Shown here: piece by piece, positions 1 to 12,026 of the stretch
How the letters are laid out: each line of letters starts with the position of its first letter
How positions within the stretch are numbered: position 1 is the first letter of the stretch
Assembly: GCA_965218785.1 (NCBI GenBank)
Contig: OZ244650.1
Location: forward strand, 64,001 to 128,000
Length of the DNA: 64,000 nt
Direction: 5' to 3'
Source: Nitrosopumilus sp.
GTDB lineage: Archaea > Thermoproteota > Nitrososphaeria > Nitrososphaerales > Nitrosopumilaceae
The notes under the pieces: model-generated
Told to the model about the DNA's origin: nothing
Seen by the model: the letters and a program-made list of their open reading frames with translations, nothing else
The model's database searches: none
Made by a program: the position numbers and the translations under genes

Positions 1-2
1 TT

Positions 3-302
3 AGAACAAAAAATCGAGAAGACGGTGAATTAATTTTTCAATTTGTTCAAACAAAATTATTTGAAATATATATGATACGCCAGATGGAGGGCCTGGCATA
101 TCCTGCTGTAACTAGTAACACCATTGCGAACTCTTCAATTTTATATCCGACAGAAAGGAATGAAAGAGAAAAAATTGCGTCAATCTTGTCTGGAATTGAC
201 ACATATATTCAAAAAAACCAAGAATACAAGAAAAAACTAGAGAAATTGAAGAAAGGTCTAATGCAGAATCTTTTAACAGGAAAGATACGCGTGAAAACAT
301 GA
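3..302 (+). CDS. hsdS: Type I R-M specificity subunit, 3' part (gene begins before the window)
   Basis: Frame open from base 3; C-terminus EKIASILSGID...LKKGLMQNLLTGKIRV is the conserved HsdS terminal helix. Confidence 0.9.
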   Translation, partial: RTKNREDGELIFQFVQTKLFEIYMIRQMEGLAYPAVTSNTIANSSILYPTERNEREKIASILSGIDTYIQKNQEYKKKLEKLKKGLMQNLLTGKIRVKT

Positions 303-490
303 TTCTATAAAAAAATCATTCAAACCCATTAAGATATGATCAAACAGGGCAGTTTTTTTGAATTTAGAGAAAATCCATATTTTTGAGCCTTGACCGTATC
401 AAAATCATTCCTCTGGAATTTTTTCAAAACTATCATGTCACACACCAACTAGTTTGTAGGTCTTTTTTTTGGCTTTGAAATCTGCATTTT

Positions 491-1981
491 TTACACCTCA
501 AAGCCTAGTTTTTTGAGATCTGCAGTTACTTCCTTTTCTAATTCTTGACGTTTATTTTTGAGTTGGGAAATTTCTTTTATAGTTTTTTGAATATCTACAA
601 TTTTTTCAGGCTCTGAATTGTCAATGTAACGTCTTACATTAAGATTCCAATCATTATCTTTAATGTCCTGAAGCGTAATTACTTTGGATTTATCTGATTC
701 GTCTTTTTTAGCATACTTTGATACAACATCTGGTAAATCATTTTCTTCAACAGGTTTACGTTTATCATCAAGTGACATTCCATCTGCTTGAACATCATAT
801 AGCCAAACTTTGTCAGTACTTCCACCTTTAGTGAAAAATAATACAGCAGTAGATACTCCTGCATATGGTTTGAATACACCTGAGGGTAAATACACAATTG
901 CATCTAGTTGACATTTCTCTAAGAGTAATTTTTTTGTATTTAAATGTACTTTAGAGGATCCAAACAAAACTCCCATTGGAACAATAATTGCTGCACGTCC
1001 TCCATTTTCTAAAATATTATAAAATAATTCAATGAACAGTAATTCTGTTTTCTTTGTATCTAATATAAATTCATTATTTAGAGAATCTTTATCAATTGAA
1101 CCTTTGAATGGTGGATTTGCCATTACAACTTGATATTTTGATGATTGCTCAAATTGTTTTGATAATGAATCTGTTCTTGTAATGTTTGGGTGTTCAATTC
1201 CATGTAGAATCATGTTAAATGTTCCAATTCTTAGCATAGTTCTATCTATATCATGACCATAGAATGTATCCTCACGTAATAGACTCCATCGGTCTCCAAG
1301 TTTTTCTCCTATTGGTCCTTGCTCTTTGAGAATTTTTACACTAGTATTTTGTTTAACGATATACTCGTATGAATTAATCAAAAACCCACCAGTACCACAC
1401 GCAGGATCACAAATCTTCTCACCAATCTTTGGGTTGATGATTTCAGTCATCATTTCAATAATATGTCTAGGTGTACGAAATTGACCATTCTTGCCTGATT
1501 GTTGCAGTTCACTAAGTAACTCTTCAAAAATATCTCCTTGAACATCTGGTCTGTGGTGAGAGATATCTAATTGGTCAATAATACTCACTGCTTCTTGAAG
1601 TAGTGATGCTTTTTCAATTTGAAATGAGGCATCACTCATAGTTTCACTAAATAATGTTTTTTCTCCATGATGAAGATCTTTGATAAATGGAAATACTCTA
1701 TCTTTTACATGTGCAATTATTTCTTCTCCATACATATTTTTCCATGAAGACCACTTACAATCCGTAAATGGTTTTTTATCCTTATCTAATCTATCAAAAA
1801 TTGATTCAAACTTTTCGTTTCCAGCTTCTGTTCTTTGGCGGTCTGCTGAATCTAAAACTTCAATTCTTCTCATAAATATTAGATAAGAAATCTGTTCTAC
1901 TACTCGTAAAGTATCAGTAATTCCTCCCTCCCAAAACTTTTGCCATAGTTGTCTTGCAAGTTTTTTTGCTTCGGGTTCCAT
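491..1981 (-). CDS. hsdM: Type I R-M N6-adenine methyltransferase
   Basis: GQFRTPRHI, DPACGTGGFL (motif I), ANPPF (motif IV); 496 aa. Confidence 0.95.
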   Translation of the reverse strand: MEPEAKKLARQLWQKFWEGGITDTLRVVEQISYLIFMRRIEVLDSADRQRTEAGNEKFESIFDRLDKDKKPFTDCKWSSWKNMYGEEIIAHVKDRVFPFIKDLHHGEKTLFSETMSDASFQIEKASLLQEAVSIIDQLDISHHRPDVQGDIFEELLSELQQSGKNGQFRTPRHIIEMMTEIINPKIGEKICDPACGTGGFLINSYEYIVKQNTSVKILKEQGPIGEKLGDRWSLLREDTFYGHDIDRTMLRIGTFNMILHGIEHPNITRTDSLSKQFEQSSKYQVVMANPPFKGSIDKDSLNNEFILDTKKTELLFIELFYNILENGGRAAIIVPMGVLFGSSKVHLNTKKLLLEKCQLDAIVYLPSGVFKPYAGVSTAVLFFTKGGSTDKVWLYDVQADGMSLDDKRKPVEENDLPDVVSKYAKKDESDKSKVITLQDIKDNDWNLNVRRYIDNSEPEKIVDIQKTIKEISQLKNKRQELEKEVTADLKKLGFEV

Positions 1982-3042
1982 TACTCATTTACCTTTCTTT
2001 TCAAGATTTTACAAAATTTTACCATCTCTAAAAGTTCTTCTTTTTCAAAAAAGTTTGTAGCTGATTTACCCATATTGCTAAATGGAAGATCAAAGAAATC
2101 AACATATTCAATATTTTTCTTTGAGAGAAATAATGCTTCTAAAATCCTAATAAAGTTGATTTGTTCGGGATTGAATTTTTTTGATAACAAAAATCCTGCA
2201 AATGCCTCTCCAATCATATCTTCTTTGTTTGATAGTTTTACTAGTCCCAAAATATGTCTGATAAACTCTACAATGTCTCTTTTTGGAGTATTGTATGCTT
2301 TACTTAGTGTCTCATCTGTAATTCCAAGTTCTGATGAATTCAAAGTATCTGCAAGTGATTCAATGTCTTCTTGAGTGATTTGTTCATCATTTTTAATTTT
2401 TAAAATAACTGGATTAGATTCTGCTAACTCTCGAATCTTCTTTTCAACTTTTTCAATATATATCTGAGAATCAACTGATTCTCTTTCTGGACCATACCTT
2501 ATAGTATCACGTTGTTGAATCACATCATCCATTCTAATCAAAATGGTCTGCACAGGCTCAGATTGCTGATAAATCATTATAGGGGACAATTCATCTCTAA
2601 TTTGACATATTTTCTCAATAGTAATATCATCCCAAAAAATTTTTTCAGTTAGCATTGTTTTAATTAACTGTCTTTTATCTACAATCTCTTCAATACTATC
2701 CGGAATTTTAGTCAGTGATGCACAAATCTCATCAATTAGTTTTTTTGGATTTTCTTGCTTCCACCACTCTGAAATATGATCAAATTCAAGTTTTGCAAGT
2801 AATAACTGCTCACACTTGTAAACAAATGATGCGGGCTTTAGTGAAACATCTGGTTTGTATTTCATTAATGGCATAATTCTTTTTTTTAAGAAAATCAATG
2901 GATCTAGTCCTCTTGTATTCCAAAAGTTTGGGTTCAAAGCAGTTTCAATATCTGCCATATGTGAGGACACTGATTCTGAATCTTTTGGCAGACTTTTCAC
3001 TTCATCAATAATTGATTGTTTAATTTTATCAAAATCATCCAT
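1981..3042 (-). CDS. hsdR: C-terminal part of split Type I restriction subunit (EcoEI-R C-terminal-like)
   Basis: Continues the 3035-4819 ORF in another frame with 8-nt overlap; C-terminus resembles EcoEI_R_C (FIRHILGL...EQINFI...PFS); abuts hsdM. Confidence 0.7.
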   Translation of the reverse strand: MDDFDKIKQSIIDEVKSLPKDSESVSSHMADIETALNPNFWNTRGLDPLIFLKKRIMPLMKYKPDVSLKPASFVYKCEQLLLAKLEFDHISEWWKQENPKKLIDEICASLTKIPDSIEEIVDKRQLIKTMLTEKIFWDDITIEKICQIRDELSPIMIYQQSEPVQTILIRMDDVIQQRDTIRYGPERESVDSQIYIEKVEKKIRELAESNPVILKIKNDEQITQEDIESLADTLNSSELGITDETLSKAYNTPKRDIVEFIRHILGLVKLSNKEDMIGEAFAGFLLSKKFNPEQINFIRILEALFLSKKNIEYVDFFDLPFSNMGKSATNFFEKEELLEMVKFCKILKRKVNE

Positions 3043-4819
3043 TTCTTTGAACCATCCTTTTGTATTGATTTAGTTTAGTGAGCAGTATTCTTGTAGCAAT
3101 TGCATCAGTAGGTTTTGGAATATCTCCTTTTGGATGCATTTCAAAGAAATCAAAATTTCCCATATAATCAAATATCAAAAACATATCTTTACCAGTTATT
3201 GGTAACCAATCTTTATTTTCACATATAGAATTATGCCTAGTTCCTCTACCAATCATTTGCCAAAAGCGAATCTTTGATTTTGTTGGTCGTGCAAAAACTA
3301 GATTACAAACTTCAGGAATATCTACTCCGGTATCTAAAATCCCAACAGAGATTACTATGCGTGGTAGACTGTTTTTCTTAAACTGTTTAACTAGATCTTT
3401 TGCTTTACTATCTTCCGAACTGATTAGTTTTATCATCTCACCTTTGTATACTTTATACATTTTTTCAAATTCCTCTAAGATAATTTTACCATGTCTAATT
3501 GACGTTGGAAAAATTATTGTTTTACAAGGCAATCCTGCATCATCTGTTAAACAATTTTCCATAAATTCTTTAATCCATGCTTTATTTGTGCCTGTAACTG
3601 AGATTTTTCTTTCAATATCAGTTCCTTCAAAGTTTAATTCTTCTTCTTCAATTCCTTCTTCTGCCAGTAATCTTATTTTCTCTTCATCAGGTATATCATC
3701 TGGTCTAATACCCTCTATCTGAAAATGTGATTTGACTGGAAATGCTTTGAATGGAACAAGATATCTTGGAACTGCCTGTTCATAACTAAATAATGATGTT
3801 GGAACACCATTTTCACATTCAAATGCATCATATGTGTCTCTTGCAATCATATCTGCCGGAGTTGCAGTAAGACCTACTTGAATTGCATCAAAGTATTGAA
3901 ATAGATTTTTGAATTTATTAAAAATAGAACGATGTGCCTCATCTGAAATGATTAAATCAAAGAATCCAATCGAGAATTCTTTGAAAACATTTTCCATTGT
4001 TTGTAAAGTTGAAACATAAATTCTTGAATTAACATCTACTTTTTTAGAAAATACTTTTTGTTTTGCCTCATTTGGGAAAAATTTTACAATGTTATCATCA
4101 AATGCCTGTGTTCGTAACTCATCTCTATCTACTAAAAATAATATCCTTTTAGCTCTTCTTGCCTTTAACATCATATCAATTAATGCCATAGATACTCTAG
4201 TTTTTCCTGTTCCTGTAGCTTGTACTATGAGAAATTTTCTTTTTACTCCATTTTCAATTCCGTCTAATATGCGCTCTGTTGCTTCAATTTGATATGGTCT
4301 ATTAATAATCTCCTCACGAATTTTTATTTCAGAAAAGCTTTTTTTGTTTTGATTTTGATAAAGATTTTCTTCTAAATCTTCTCTTGAATGAAACCTCAAA
4401 ATTTTTCTTGGATTAGAATGCCCTTTATTCCAAAACCAAATATCTATTCCATTTGTTAAATAAATAAAAATATCTGAATTAATCTGATCTTTGATGTCTT
4501 TGGCATATCCTTCACCCTGTGTTTGTCCTGCTATTCGTGAATCTTTTGATGTGCGTTTTGCTTCAATTACTGCTATTGGATTACCATTGTTATCTAATAA
4601 AACATAATCTGCATAGGCTTTTTCTTCTTTTAAGCCGATAGTATCTTTTCTTGTTTTGTAATCTCTTGTCTTAAAATCTGAATTTTTAGTATCTACTTCT
4701 TGTTTTACAATTGATACATCATCAGTATCCCATCCTGCTTGCTTGAGACGTTTGTCAATTCTATTTTTTCTAGTCTCGGCTTCTGTTTCTTGACTCAACT
4801 CTATATCTGTATAGTCCAT
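3035..4819 (-). CDS. hsdR: N-terminal part of split Type I restriction subunit (nuclease + SF2 motor)
   Basis: ADYVL...IEAK nuclease motif, ATGTGKT Walker A, DEAHRS, LTATP, QMIGRGTR. Confidence 0.92.
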   Translation of the reverse strand: MDYTDIELSQETEAETRKNRIDKRLKQAGWDTDDVSIVKQEVDTKNSDFKTRDYKTRKDTIGLKEEKAYADYVLLDNNGNPIAVIEAKRTSKDSRIAGQTQGEGYAKDIKDQINSDIFIYLTNGIDIWFWNKGHSNPRKILRFHSREDLEENLYQNQNKKSFSEIKIREEIINRPYQIEATERILDGIENGVKRKFLIVQATGTGKTRVSMALIDMMLKARRAKRILFLVDRDELRTQAFDDNIVKFFPNEAKQKVFSKKVDVNSRIYVSTLQTMENVFKEFSIGFFDLIISDEAHRSIFNKFKNLFQYFDAIQVGLTATPADMIARDTYDAFECENGVPTSLFSYEQAVPRYLVPFKAFPVKSHFQIEGIRPDDIPDEEKIRLLAEEGIEEEELNFEGTDIERKISVTGTNKAWIKEFMENCLTDDAGLPCKTIIFPTSIRHGKIILEEFEKMYKVYKGEMIKLISSEDSKAKDLVKQFKKNSLPRIVISVGILDTGVDIPEVCNLVFARPTKSKIRFWQMIGRGTRHNSICENKDWLPITGKDMFLIFDYMGNFDFFEMHPKGDIPKPTDAIATRILLTKLNQYKRMVQRNG

Positions 4820-5024
4820 CCTTTTAGAGATGTCGCTTTATCCCAAGTATGAGGCGGATGAATTCTTTTTTTCTTTCATGAAAAAGATCGTAATAACTTA
4901 TCTAATCAAACTTGATTTTGATAATATCTATAGGAGTGTTTTCAGGTTTTGCCTTGGATTTGGTTGGTAAAATTGATGATTGCTGATGTGTTCAAATCCA
5001 TTCATTCTTTGACTAGGCATAAAT

Positions 5025-5171
5025 TTATGGGATTCTGCTAGTATCATCTGAAATTTTGTCTAATTGACTACTGATATCATTCATAGTTTGATTCAGTAAT
5101 TTTATCTCTTCTAGAACCAACTTTAGTGTATCATTAACGTCGTTTATATGAAGAATTTCATCTGTGCCCAT
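5025..5171 (-). CDS. small putative coiled-coil protein (48 aa)
   Basis: Manually translated MGTDEILHINDVNDTLKLVLEEIKLLNQTMNDISSQLDKISDDTSRIP; heptad-like hydrophobic spacing; below ORF-track cutoff. Confidence 0.4.
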   Translation of the reverse strand: MGTDEILHINDVNDTLKLVLEEIKLLNQTMNDISSQLDKISDDTSRIP

Positions 5172-5409
5172 ATTTTACTACCCAGCAACATCAATAAAAA
5201 TAGTAACTATGGTCTGTTCTGTCTTGAGAGCACTGAATCTCTTGAATCAAACATCTGGTTGAAAATATCTTCCAGTATTGTATTCTTCTGCACACATATC
5301 GAAAAGACGCATGTATGATTTTTCATTATATTGTGAGTTTACAGGACATCATATTCCTATATGTTTTGATCTTGACTCTATATGTTCTGTAGGATCATCT
5401 GGGGATGTG

Positions 5410-5639
5410 ATGAAATATGGATCTTCTCTGGATTGAAAATCCATCTTTATCCGTACTGATTCCCAGAAGCATTTTGAATCAAAATATTCCCTTTGTTGAA
5501 ACTATTCTCCAAAATACCTACTCTTGCTGACACACGATAACTTCACAGCATCGATCAAAATTGAAGATAAAAAATTGATTATTACGAGTTCAAAATAAAA
5601 ATGAGTCTAAATACAAATGATTTATAATCAAACCTAAAC
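5410..5639 (-). repeat. outer inverted repeat, left copy (230 bp; partner 16064-16293)
   Basis: Reverse complement matches 16064-16293 with 3 mismatches seen by eye; covers hsdS stop codon and downstream non-coding DNA. Confidence 0.95.
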
Positions 5640-6899
5640 CCTGATTTTGCCCGACATTAATTTTGGGAGAAGTGAATCACGAATTTTTATCAAATTTTGT
5701 ATTGAAATATTATTTGATAATAATTTTTCAAAAATAAGATTCATAGTGCCATTCATTTTTTCTAATATTTTTGAAGATGGAATGGTAATTAGAGCTTCTG
5801 ATAAATGATGTCTTTGGATGTGACCCATAGTGGTTACTTTTCCTTCTGCAATTCTACAAAATCTAGGTAAATGAAATCGTATCCATTCATAGTAAAACCA
5901 CTTCTCATATTTTTCAGAAATTACTTTGAAAATATGTTGATTTAAAGCACCTTTACCATAATGCCACATCATTAATTCTAATGTACCTGACCATGAAAAT
6001 AAAATATCACCATTTTCAACAACATATTTTTTCTCTAAATCAACTCTGGCTTTTTCAATATTTGAAGAAAATCCATTTTTCATTTCTCGTATTTTAATGA
6101 CAGGTAAATAATTATTTGTCGTTGGTCTGAATTTTTGCAACGGTAACCCATTAATGAAAATTACAATTTTATCCAGTGCTTTTAATTCCCACCCTTTTGG
6201 AATCTCCTTTCCCAGTTCTTCATTATACTCCATTTCCCCATCCGACGACTTGTACGGTTTTCCATTCTCATCTGGGAACTCATAGTCAACAAACCATGAT
6301 TTGAAGATTGTTTGGGATATTTGTTCTAAGATCTGATTCATATTTCGATTTAATTCAATTTTAGAGTCTAGGTCTGAAAGAATTTTTGAAATTGTGGCCT
6401 GTTCATTTTTCTCAGGTATCTGAACAATAATTTGATCAAATGTATTTCTTGTAATAGTATTGAATACAGAACCATGTGTATTTGATTGTAAATCTTTTAT
6501 TTTAAACTTCAATAAATAATACAAAAAATCATTCTGTATTGCATTTTTTCCGTCTAGCCCATAACAAGATTGATTAAATGCCATATCTTTAGTGACTTGT
6601 CCAATTTCACCAACTGTGCCTCTAGCAGAAATAACCAACTGTCCTTTATGTAATAATTTTGTTGAACTTTCTTGTAAGCCTTTTTCTGTAATCGTTTTTG
6701 TGGTTTTGTAGATCTTTTTAATATCTCCAACAAAATCATTTATAGAAATCCAAGGTATACTACCATTCCAATAATTTGGATTTGATGTTTTAGGAGTTCC
6801 TCCGCCAATAATGTGTGTAATTTGAGAAAGAGGTTGAACTTTCCAATTTTTAGGAATCATTCCAAATTCTGTTTGTTTGAAATTTGTTTTTTGTTTCAT
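5634..6899 (-). CDS. hsdS: Type I R-M specificity subunit, intact, two TRDs
   Basis: FKQTEFGMIPKNW start, GGGTP, central ILSDLDSKIELN...IFKSWFVD...EIPKGW, terminal RDSLLPKLMSGKIRV. Confidence 0.95.
   Translation of the reverse strand: MKQKTNFKQTEFGMIPKNWKVQPLSQITHIIGGGTPKTSNPNYWNGSIPWISINDFVGDIKKIYKTTKTITEKGLQESSTKLLHKGQLVISARGTVGEIGQVTKDMAFNQSCYGLDGKNAIQNDFLYYLLKFKIKDLQSNTHGSVFNTITRNTFDQIIVQIPEKNEQATISKILSDLDSKIELNRNMNQILEQISQTIFKSWFVDYEFPDENGKPYKSSDGEMEYNEELGKEIPKGWELKALDKIVIFINGLPLQKFRPTTNNYLPVIKIREMKNGFSSNIEKARVDLEKKYVVENGDILFSWSGTLELMMWHYGKGALNQHIFKVISEKYEKWFYYEWIRFHLPRFCRIAEGKVTTMGHIQRHHLSEALITIPSSKILEKMNGTMNLIFEKLLSNNISIQNLIKIRDSLLPKLMSGKIRV
6193..6302 (-). repeat. inner inverted repeat in hsdS central conserved region (110 bp; partner 15380-15489)
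   Basis: Reverse complement identical to 15380-15489 on manual comparison. Confidence 0.95.
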
Positions 6900-7348
6900 T
6901 ATCTTTATTAATTTACTTCTATATCTTAAGGTTGTTGTAGAAAATAAAATTATTGTTTAATTACCTCAAAAGATAGATTTGCATTATAGATTTATAATCA
7001 TTGAATATGTATAGCGAGATGCACAAGTTTGTAAATTATTTTCAGGATATTCCAATTTTATTATTCATATTTACCTTGGATAAATCCATCAATCTCTAAT
7101 TTTTAGATGATTTTTGGTTTATGAATTTTGTCTTTTCGTTATATGTGGTTTTTCTTCAATTAGATACAACAAAAAATAAAATATGTATGTATTAATGAAT
7201 TATGTAACAATCTCACATAATAAAATATTAAATCAATCAATTTTAATTTTTTTTAAATTTATCCAAGTATTTTTTTAAATTTATAAATCAGATAAATAAT
7301 TTGTTTTGACATAGTATTTTTTATTTATAAATATTTTAATGAACACTA

Positions 7349-8674
7349 TTGAAGAAATTATTGAATACCACAAACTTTAAGAAAATATCTTTTAATGATT
7401 TCTGTAATCTGAATTCTATACGATATTGGCGTGAGCAATTGAACGATGCAAATATAAAAAACATAACAAATAAATCACAACTTGGTGGGACAAGAAATGT
7501 CTATACATATGGATTACTGGAGTTTCATAATTGGTTATTAGATAGAGAATTTCAATATGTTGCGGATATACAGATCAAAGAAAATATAATCCAGCAATGC
7601 AAAGTTGATGTACGTCTAGATGGTGTCGAACACTTACTAGATCTAAATAGAAAGAACATATCCAATAAAACAAGTTTTGCATGTCTAATAAAACAATATT
7701 TGGCAGAATTATCATCATACAGAAAACAATCAACAGTAAAAAACTCAATGTACTCAATAAGATCATTCTTCAGAGAAAACGAAGCAGACATTTCGTTTAG
7801 ATTTAAGCATAGGATCAAGAGAAATTATAAAAAATATGTAGAAAAATCATTATCTCTTGCAGATTTGCAAAAAATCCTTACAGTAAGAGATATTCAGTCA
7901 ATAGAAAGAGCCGTATTTCTGTGCAAGTTTCATAGAGGTCTAGATAACGCTACATTTGCTGATAGATTTAACTTTGAAGTGTGGGCATGTCTTCTAAAAC
8001 ACTTTGGTTCAGACATTCCAGAAAAATGGGATCTGAACAACATTCCAGTACCAATACGTCTTGTGAGAGTGAAGACGGGATTTACCCATACAGGATTTTT
8101 AGATCTGGATTCGATTGTAGCAATAATACAATATGTAAAGACTAGATACGACAAACCACAAATCAATAAGGCATTGTTTGTTGATACAAAAAATAGACCA
8201 ATTACAACAAACTGGATATCAAGAAGATTTCATAAATTAGTCATGAGAATTGATTTACAAGATAACATAAAACAACAATCGACTAAAGGGTATACCTCAC
8301 ATGAAATGAGAGATCTACTTAAATCTACTTTGATTGATTCTGGATGTAGAGTAGATGTAGCAGATCATGTTATAGGTCATGTTCCAAAAGATTCGTATGA
8401 GAAACAATCTTTATTATATCCTGAATCATTGATGAGAGAGTTTATGCGTGCATCACATCGTGTTAATATTATTACAAACAATTCTCAAAATAATCATGCT
8501 GTAAATTATTCTTTATTGCATGATGTAAATTGCCGATCAAAATATAACAATATTGTTGATATTGAAATTACACTTAAAAATATTCAAAAGGATATGATTG
8601 TACAGAGAGAGAAACTTTCACATATGGAAAGATTGTTTGATATTTCAACTAAATCAGAAGTACGTAATACATAA
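7349..8674 (+). CDS. tyrosine recombinase/integrase (XerC/D-like)
   Basis: Catalytic-domain motifs: RVKTG (K), HEMR (HxxR), VIGH, DSY (Tyr nucleophile); N-terminal SAM-like region with SIRSFF. Confidence 0.85.
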   Translation: MKKLLNTTNFKKISFNDFCNLNSIRYWREQLNDANIKNITNKSQLGGTRNVYTYGLLEFHNWLLDREFQYVADIQIKENIIQQCKVDVRLDGVEHLLDLNRKNISNKTSFACLIKQYLAELSSYRKQSTVKNSMYSIRSFFRENEADISFRFKHRIKRNYKKYVEKSLSLADLQKILTVRDIQSIERAVFLCKFHRGLDNATFADRFNFEVWACLLKHFGSDIPEKWDLNNIPVPIRLVRVKTGFTHTGFLDLDSIVAIIQYVKTRYDKPQINKALFVDTKNRPITTNWISRRFHKLVMRIDLQDNIKQQSTKGYTSHEMRDLLKSTLIDSGCRVDVADHVIGHVPKDSYEKQSLLYPESLMREFMRASHRVNIITNNSQNNHAVNYSLLHDVNCRSKYNNIVDIEITLKNIQKDMIVQREKLSHMERLFDISTKSEVRNT

Positions 8675-8831
8675 CATAGAGATTTATATTAATAAAGAAG
8701 AATTAATTTCAAGAAGAATATGATAAAAAAATTACAAAATTCAATATTCAACCAGATCTATTGCAAAGATTATAATGGATTATTTTTACATGGGATGAAT
8801 ATGAGCTAAAATTCTAACTGCAGGTGAATAA

Positions 8832-11800
8832 ATGAAAAAAATAATTTCTGAAGCAGACGTTGAAGAAAATGTTCTAGATATTCTAAAAGATTTAGGTTAT
8901 GAAATAATTCTAGGAAAAAATGAAGATTATCTTCCAGGCGGAAATAACTCATTAAGAGATAGCTATCAAGATATCATATTAGAAAACCGATTACGTAACG
9001 CTTTAAAACAAATTAATCCATCAGTATCTGATTTATCAATTGAACATGCAATAAAACAAGTTTTGCGAAACTCCAGTCAGAAGTTTATTGTAAACAATGA
9101 GAATTTTCACAAAATGCTCGTAGATGGAATAGACGTACCATCACAAAAGGATGTGGAAAGATACGAAAAAATATGGCTTTTTGAGTTTGATCCAAAAAAA
9201 ATCCATAATAATGATTTTGTTGCAACAAACCAGTTCACAGTAATAGAAAACAATATGGAAAGAAGACTCGACATAATACTCTTCATTAATGGTATTCCGT
9301 TACTAGTTTTTGAGCTAAAAAACTTGGCAGATGAAAAGGTAGACATTTGGACTGCATATAATCAATTCCAAACGTATATGGAACAGCTTCCTACTTTGTT
9401 CAAATTCAATGAAATACTTGTAATTAGCGATGGAATACAAGCAAGAGCGGGAACTATAACTTCAAACAAGGAACGATTCATGGAGTGGAAAACAGTTGAT
9501 GGTCATGTATCAAAGAAAAATTTGACTGCAATTGAAATTCTTTTGCGTGGATTATGTGACAGACAAAAACTCTTAGATATAATTAGAAATTTTATTATTT
9601 TTGAAAAGAACAAGAAGATAACAAAAAAACTTGCTGCATATCATCAATATCGAGCTGTAAACAAGGCAGTAGAATCCACAATCTGTGCTAGAAGAAAAAA
9701 TAAAAAAGCAGGTATAATTTGGCACACGCAAGGCTCCGGCAAATCATTAACCATGATATTTTACACAGGAAAGCTTGTCCGAGAGCTCGACAATCCAACT
9801 ATAGTTGTATTAACCGATAGAAATGATCTTGATGATCAACTGTTTGGTACTTTTGGCAGATGTCAGGATATTCTGAGACAAAAACCCAAACAAGCAGACA
9901 AGAGAACAGATCTTGAAAAACTAATCAATGTATCTTCAGGAGGTATTGTATTTACAACAATTCAGAAATTCTTTCCAGATAAAGATAGGAAGAAATATCC
10001 TGTATTGTCTGAACGAGATAATATTTTTGTGATTGTGGATGAAGCACATAGAAGTCAATATGGTTTTTCTGCCAAGATCGTAAATAAAAAAGACAAAGAA
10101 ACATTGATCACATATGGTTACGCAAAATATCTCAGAGATGCACTACCAAACGCATCGTTTATTGGTTTCACGGGAACACCAATCGAAAAATCTGACAAAT
10201 CAACTCCTGCAGTATTTGGTAAATATGTGGATTCATACGATATAGAACAAGCAGTAGAAGATGGTGCAACTGTGAGAATTTATTATGAAAGTAGACTTGC
10301 CAAACTGGATCTAAAACTAGAAGAAAAACCAAAAATTGATAAAGAATTTGAAGATGTGACAGAAGGAGGAGAAGAAGAGGAAAAAGAAAAATTAAAAAGC
10401 AAATGGGCAAGAACTGAAAAGATAGTCGGCTCTCCCAGACGAATAAAAAGAATAGCAAAAGATATTGTGGATCATTTTGAAGAACGAACCTCGATTTTCG
10501 AGGGAAAGGCAATGATAGTGTGCATGTCACGAAGAATCTGTGTTGATTTACATGACGAGATAACAAAACTTAGGCCTTTATGGCACCACAACGATGATGA
10601 TAAAGGAATAATCAAAGTAGTCATGACGGGTTCAGCTTCGGATCCAAAAGAATGGCAAGAACATATACGGAACAAAGCCAGAAGAAAGATAATTGGAGAT
10701 AATTTCAAAGAAGAAGAAGAAAAGCCACAGATCATCATTGTAAGAGACATGTTTCTTACTGGATTTGATGCTCCATCTTTACACACAATGTATCTGGACA
10801 AACCAATCAAGGGTCACTCTCTCATGCAAGCAATTGCAAGAGTTAACAGGATATATCCTGGAAAAGAAGGTGGTCTAGTAGTAGATTATATAGGAATAGG
10901 TGCGGATCTAAAAAAAGCATTAGTGGACTATACCAAAAGTGGTGGAAATGGTAAACCTGCTTTTGATCAAAACCAAGCAATATCACTTATGCTTGAAAAA
11001 TATGAAATTGTAAGGGATATGTTCTACGGTTTTGATTACAGAGAATTCTTTGATCTCAAACCCAATCAGAGAATCTCATTTATACCTGATGCTATGGAGC
11101 ATATTCTAAAGGAAAAAGGAAAGAAAGAGAGATTTGAAAAAGAAACTACAGCACTTTTGAAGGCATTTTCTCTTGCTGTGCCAAGTGACAAAGCAATGAA
11201 TATTAAAGACGAAGTAGGATTGTTTCAAGCAATTAAATCTGCAATCACCAAAACAATTGAATCCAAAAATATACTCAAAGGTGAGTTTGATGCAGGAATT
11301 AAACAAATTCTTTCAAAGGCAGTAGTATCTGACAGAATAGTAGATATATTTGAAGCGGCAGGATTACAAAAACCAGAACTCTCAATATTATCCGAAGAAT
11401 TTCTAAAAGAAGTCAAAGAAATGCCTCAAAAGAATCTTGCATTTGAAGCACTTAAAAAATTACTTAATGATGAAATTAGATTATTTGCAAAGAAAAATAT
11501 TGTTCAGGGAAAATCGTTTATGGATTTGTTAGATAAAGCTATTAAAAAATACACCAACAGAAGTGTAGATACAGCACAAATCATTGATGAACTTGTGTCA
11601 CTTGCAAGAAAAATAAGAGATGAGAAAAAAAGAGGAAAAGATCAAAATCTTTCAGATGATGAGATTGCGTTCTATGATGCACTTGAGGTTAATGACAGTG
11701 CAGTCAAAATTCTTGGTGATAAAGTGCTACAAAAAATTGCACTAGATCTGACTGATATGATACGAAATAGTGTAACAATAGATTGGACACAAAGAGAGAG

Positions 11801-11936
11801 TGTTCAGGCAGGAATTAGACTGAAGGTTAAAAAGATTCTTAGAAAATATGGATATCCCCCTGACAAGGAAAAAAAAGCTACCGAAACCGTACTCAAACAA
11901 GCTGGTGTAATTGCAAAGAGCTGGGCAGAATCTTAG
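8832..11936 (+). CDS. hsdR: Type I restriction subunit R (EcoR124I-like)
   Basis: [49 protein letters not shown]; 1034 aa. Confidence 0.96.
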   Translation: MKKIISEADVEENVLDILKDLGYEIILGKNEDYLPGGNNSLRDSYQDIILENRLRNALKQINPSVSDLSIEHAIKQVLRNSSQKFIVNNENFHKMLVDGIDVPSQKDVERYEKIWLFEFDPKKIHNNDFVATNQFTVIENNMERRLDIILFINGIPLLVFELKNLADEKVDIWTAYNQFQTYMEQLPTLFKFNEILVISDGIQARAGTITSNKERFMEWKTVDGHVSKKNLTAIEILLRGLCDRQKLLDIIRNFIIFEKNKKITKKLAAYHQYRAVNKAVESTICARRKNKKAGIIWHTQGSGKSLTMIFYTGKLVRELDNPTIVVLTDRNDLDDQLFGTFGRCQDILRQKPKQADKRTDLEKLINVSSGGIVFTTIQKFFPDKDRKKYPVLSERDNIFVIVDEAHRSQYGFSAKIVNKKDKETLITYGYAKYLRDALPNASFIGFTGTPIEKSDKSTPAVFGKYVDSYDIEQAVEDGATVRIYYESRLAKLDLKLEEKPKIDKEFEDVTEGGEEEEKEKLKSKWARTEKIVGSPRRIKRIAKDIVDHFEERTSIFEGKAMIVCMSRRICVDLHDEITKLRPLWHHNDDDKGIIKVVMTGSASDPKEWQEHIRNKARRKIIGDNFKEEEEKPQIIIVRDMFLTGFDAPSLHTMYLDKPIKGHSLMQAIARVNRIYPGKEGGLVVDYIGIGADLKKALVDYTKSGGNGKPAFDQNQAISLMLEKYEIVRDMFYGFDYREFFDLKPNQRISFIPDAMEHILKEKGKKERFEKETTALLKAFSLAVPSDKAMNIKDEVGLFQAIKSAITKTIESKNILKGEFDAGIKQILSKAVVSDRIVDIFEAAGLQKPELSILSEEFLKEVKEMPQKNLAFEALKKLLNDEIRLFAKKNIVQGKSFMDLLDKAIKKYTNRSVDTAQIIDELVSLARKIRDEKKRGKDQNLSDDEIAFYDALEVNDSAVKILGDKVLQKIALDLTDMIRNSVTIDWTQRESVQAGIRLKVKKILRKYGYPPDKEKKATETVLKQAGVIAKSWAES

Positions 11937-12026
11937 AAAATTCTATATTTTTTGTAATAAACTGAATTGATTAGATTATCCAGAAGAATTAGTTATAAAA
12001 TAGAACAATGTATGTCTTAACCTATA

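Noticed and set aside
7349-8674. Calling the recombinase an integron integrase with attC cassettes
   Set aside because: No IntI-specific motifs recognised and the 28-bp motif lacks attC-style dyad symmetry; kept only as a possible recombination site
11925-11955. Further copy of the 28-bp motif after hsdR
   Set aside because: Only about 14 of 23 positions match in AT-rich DNA
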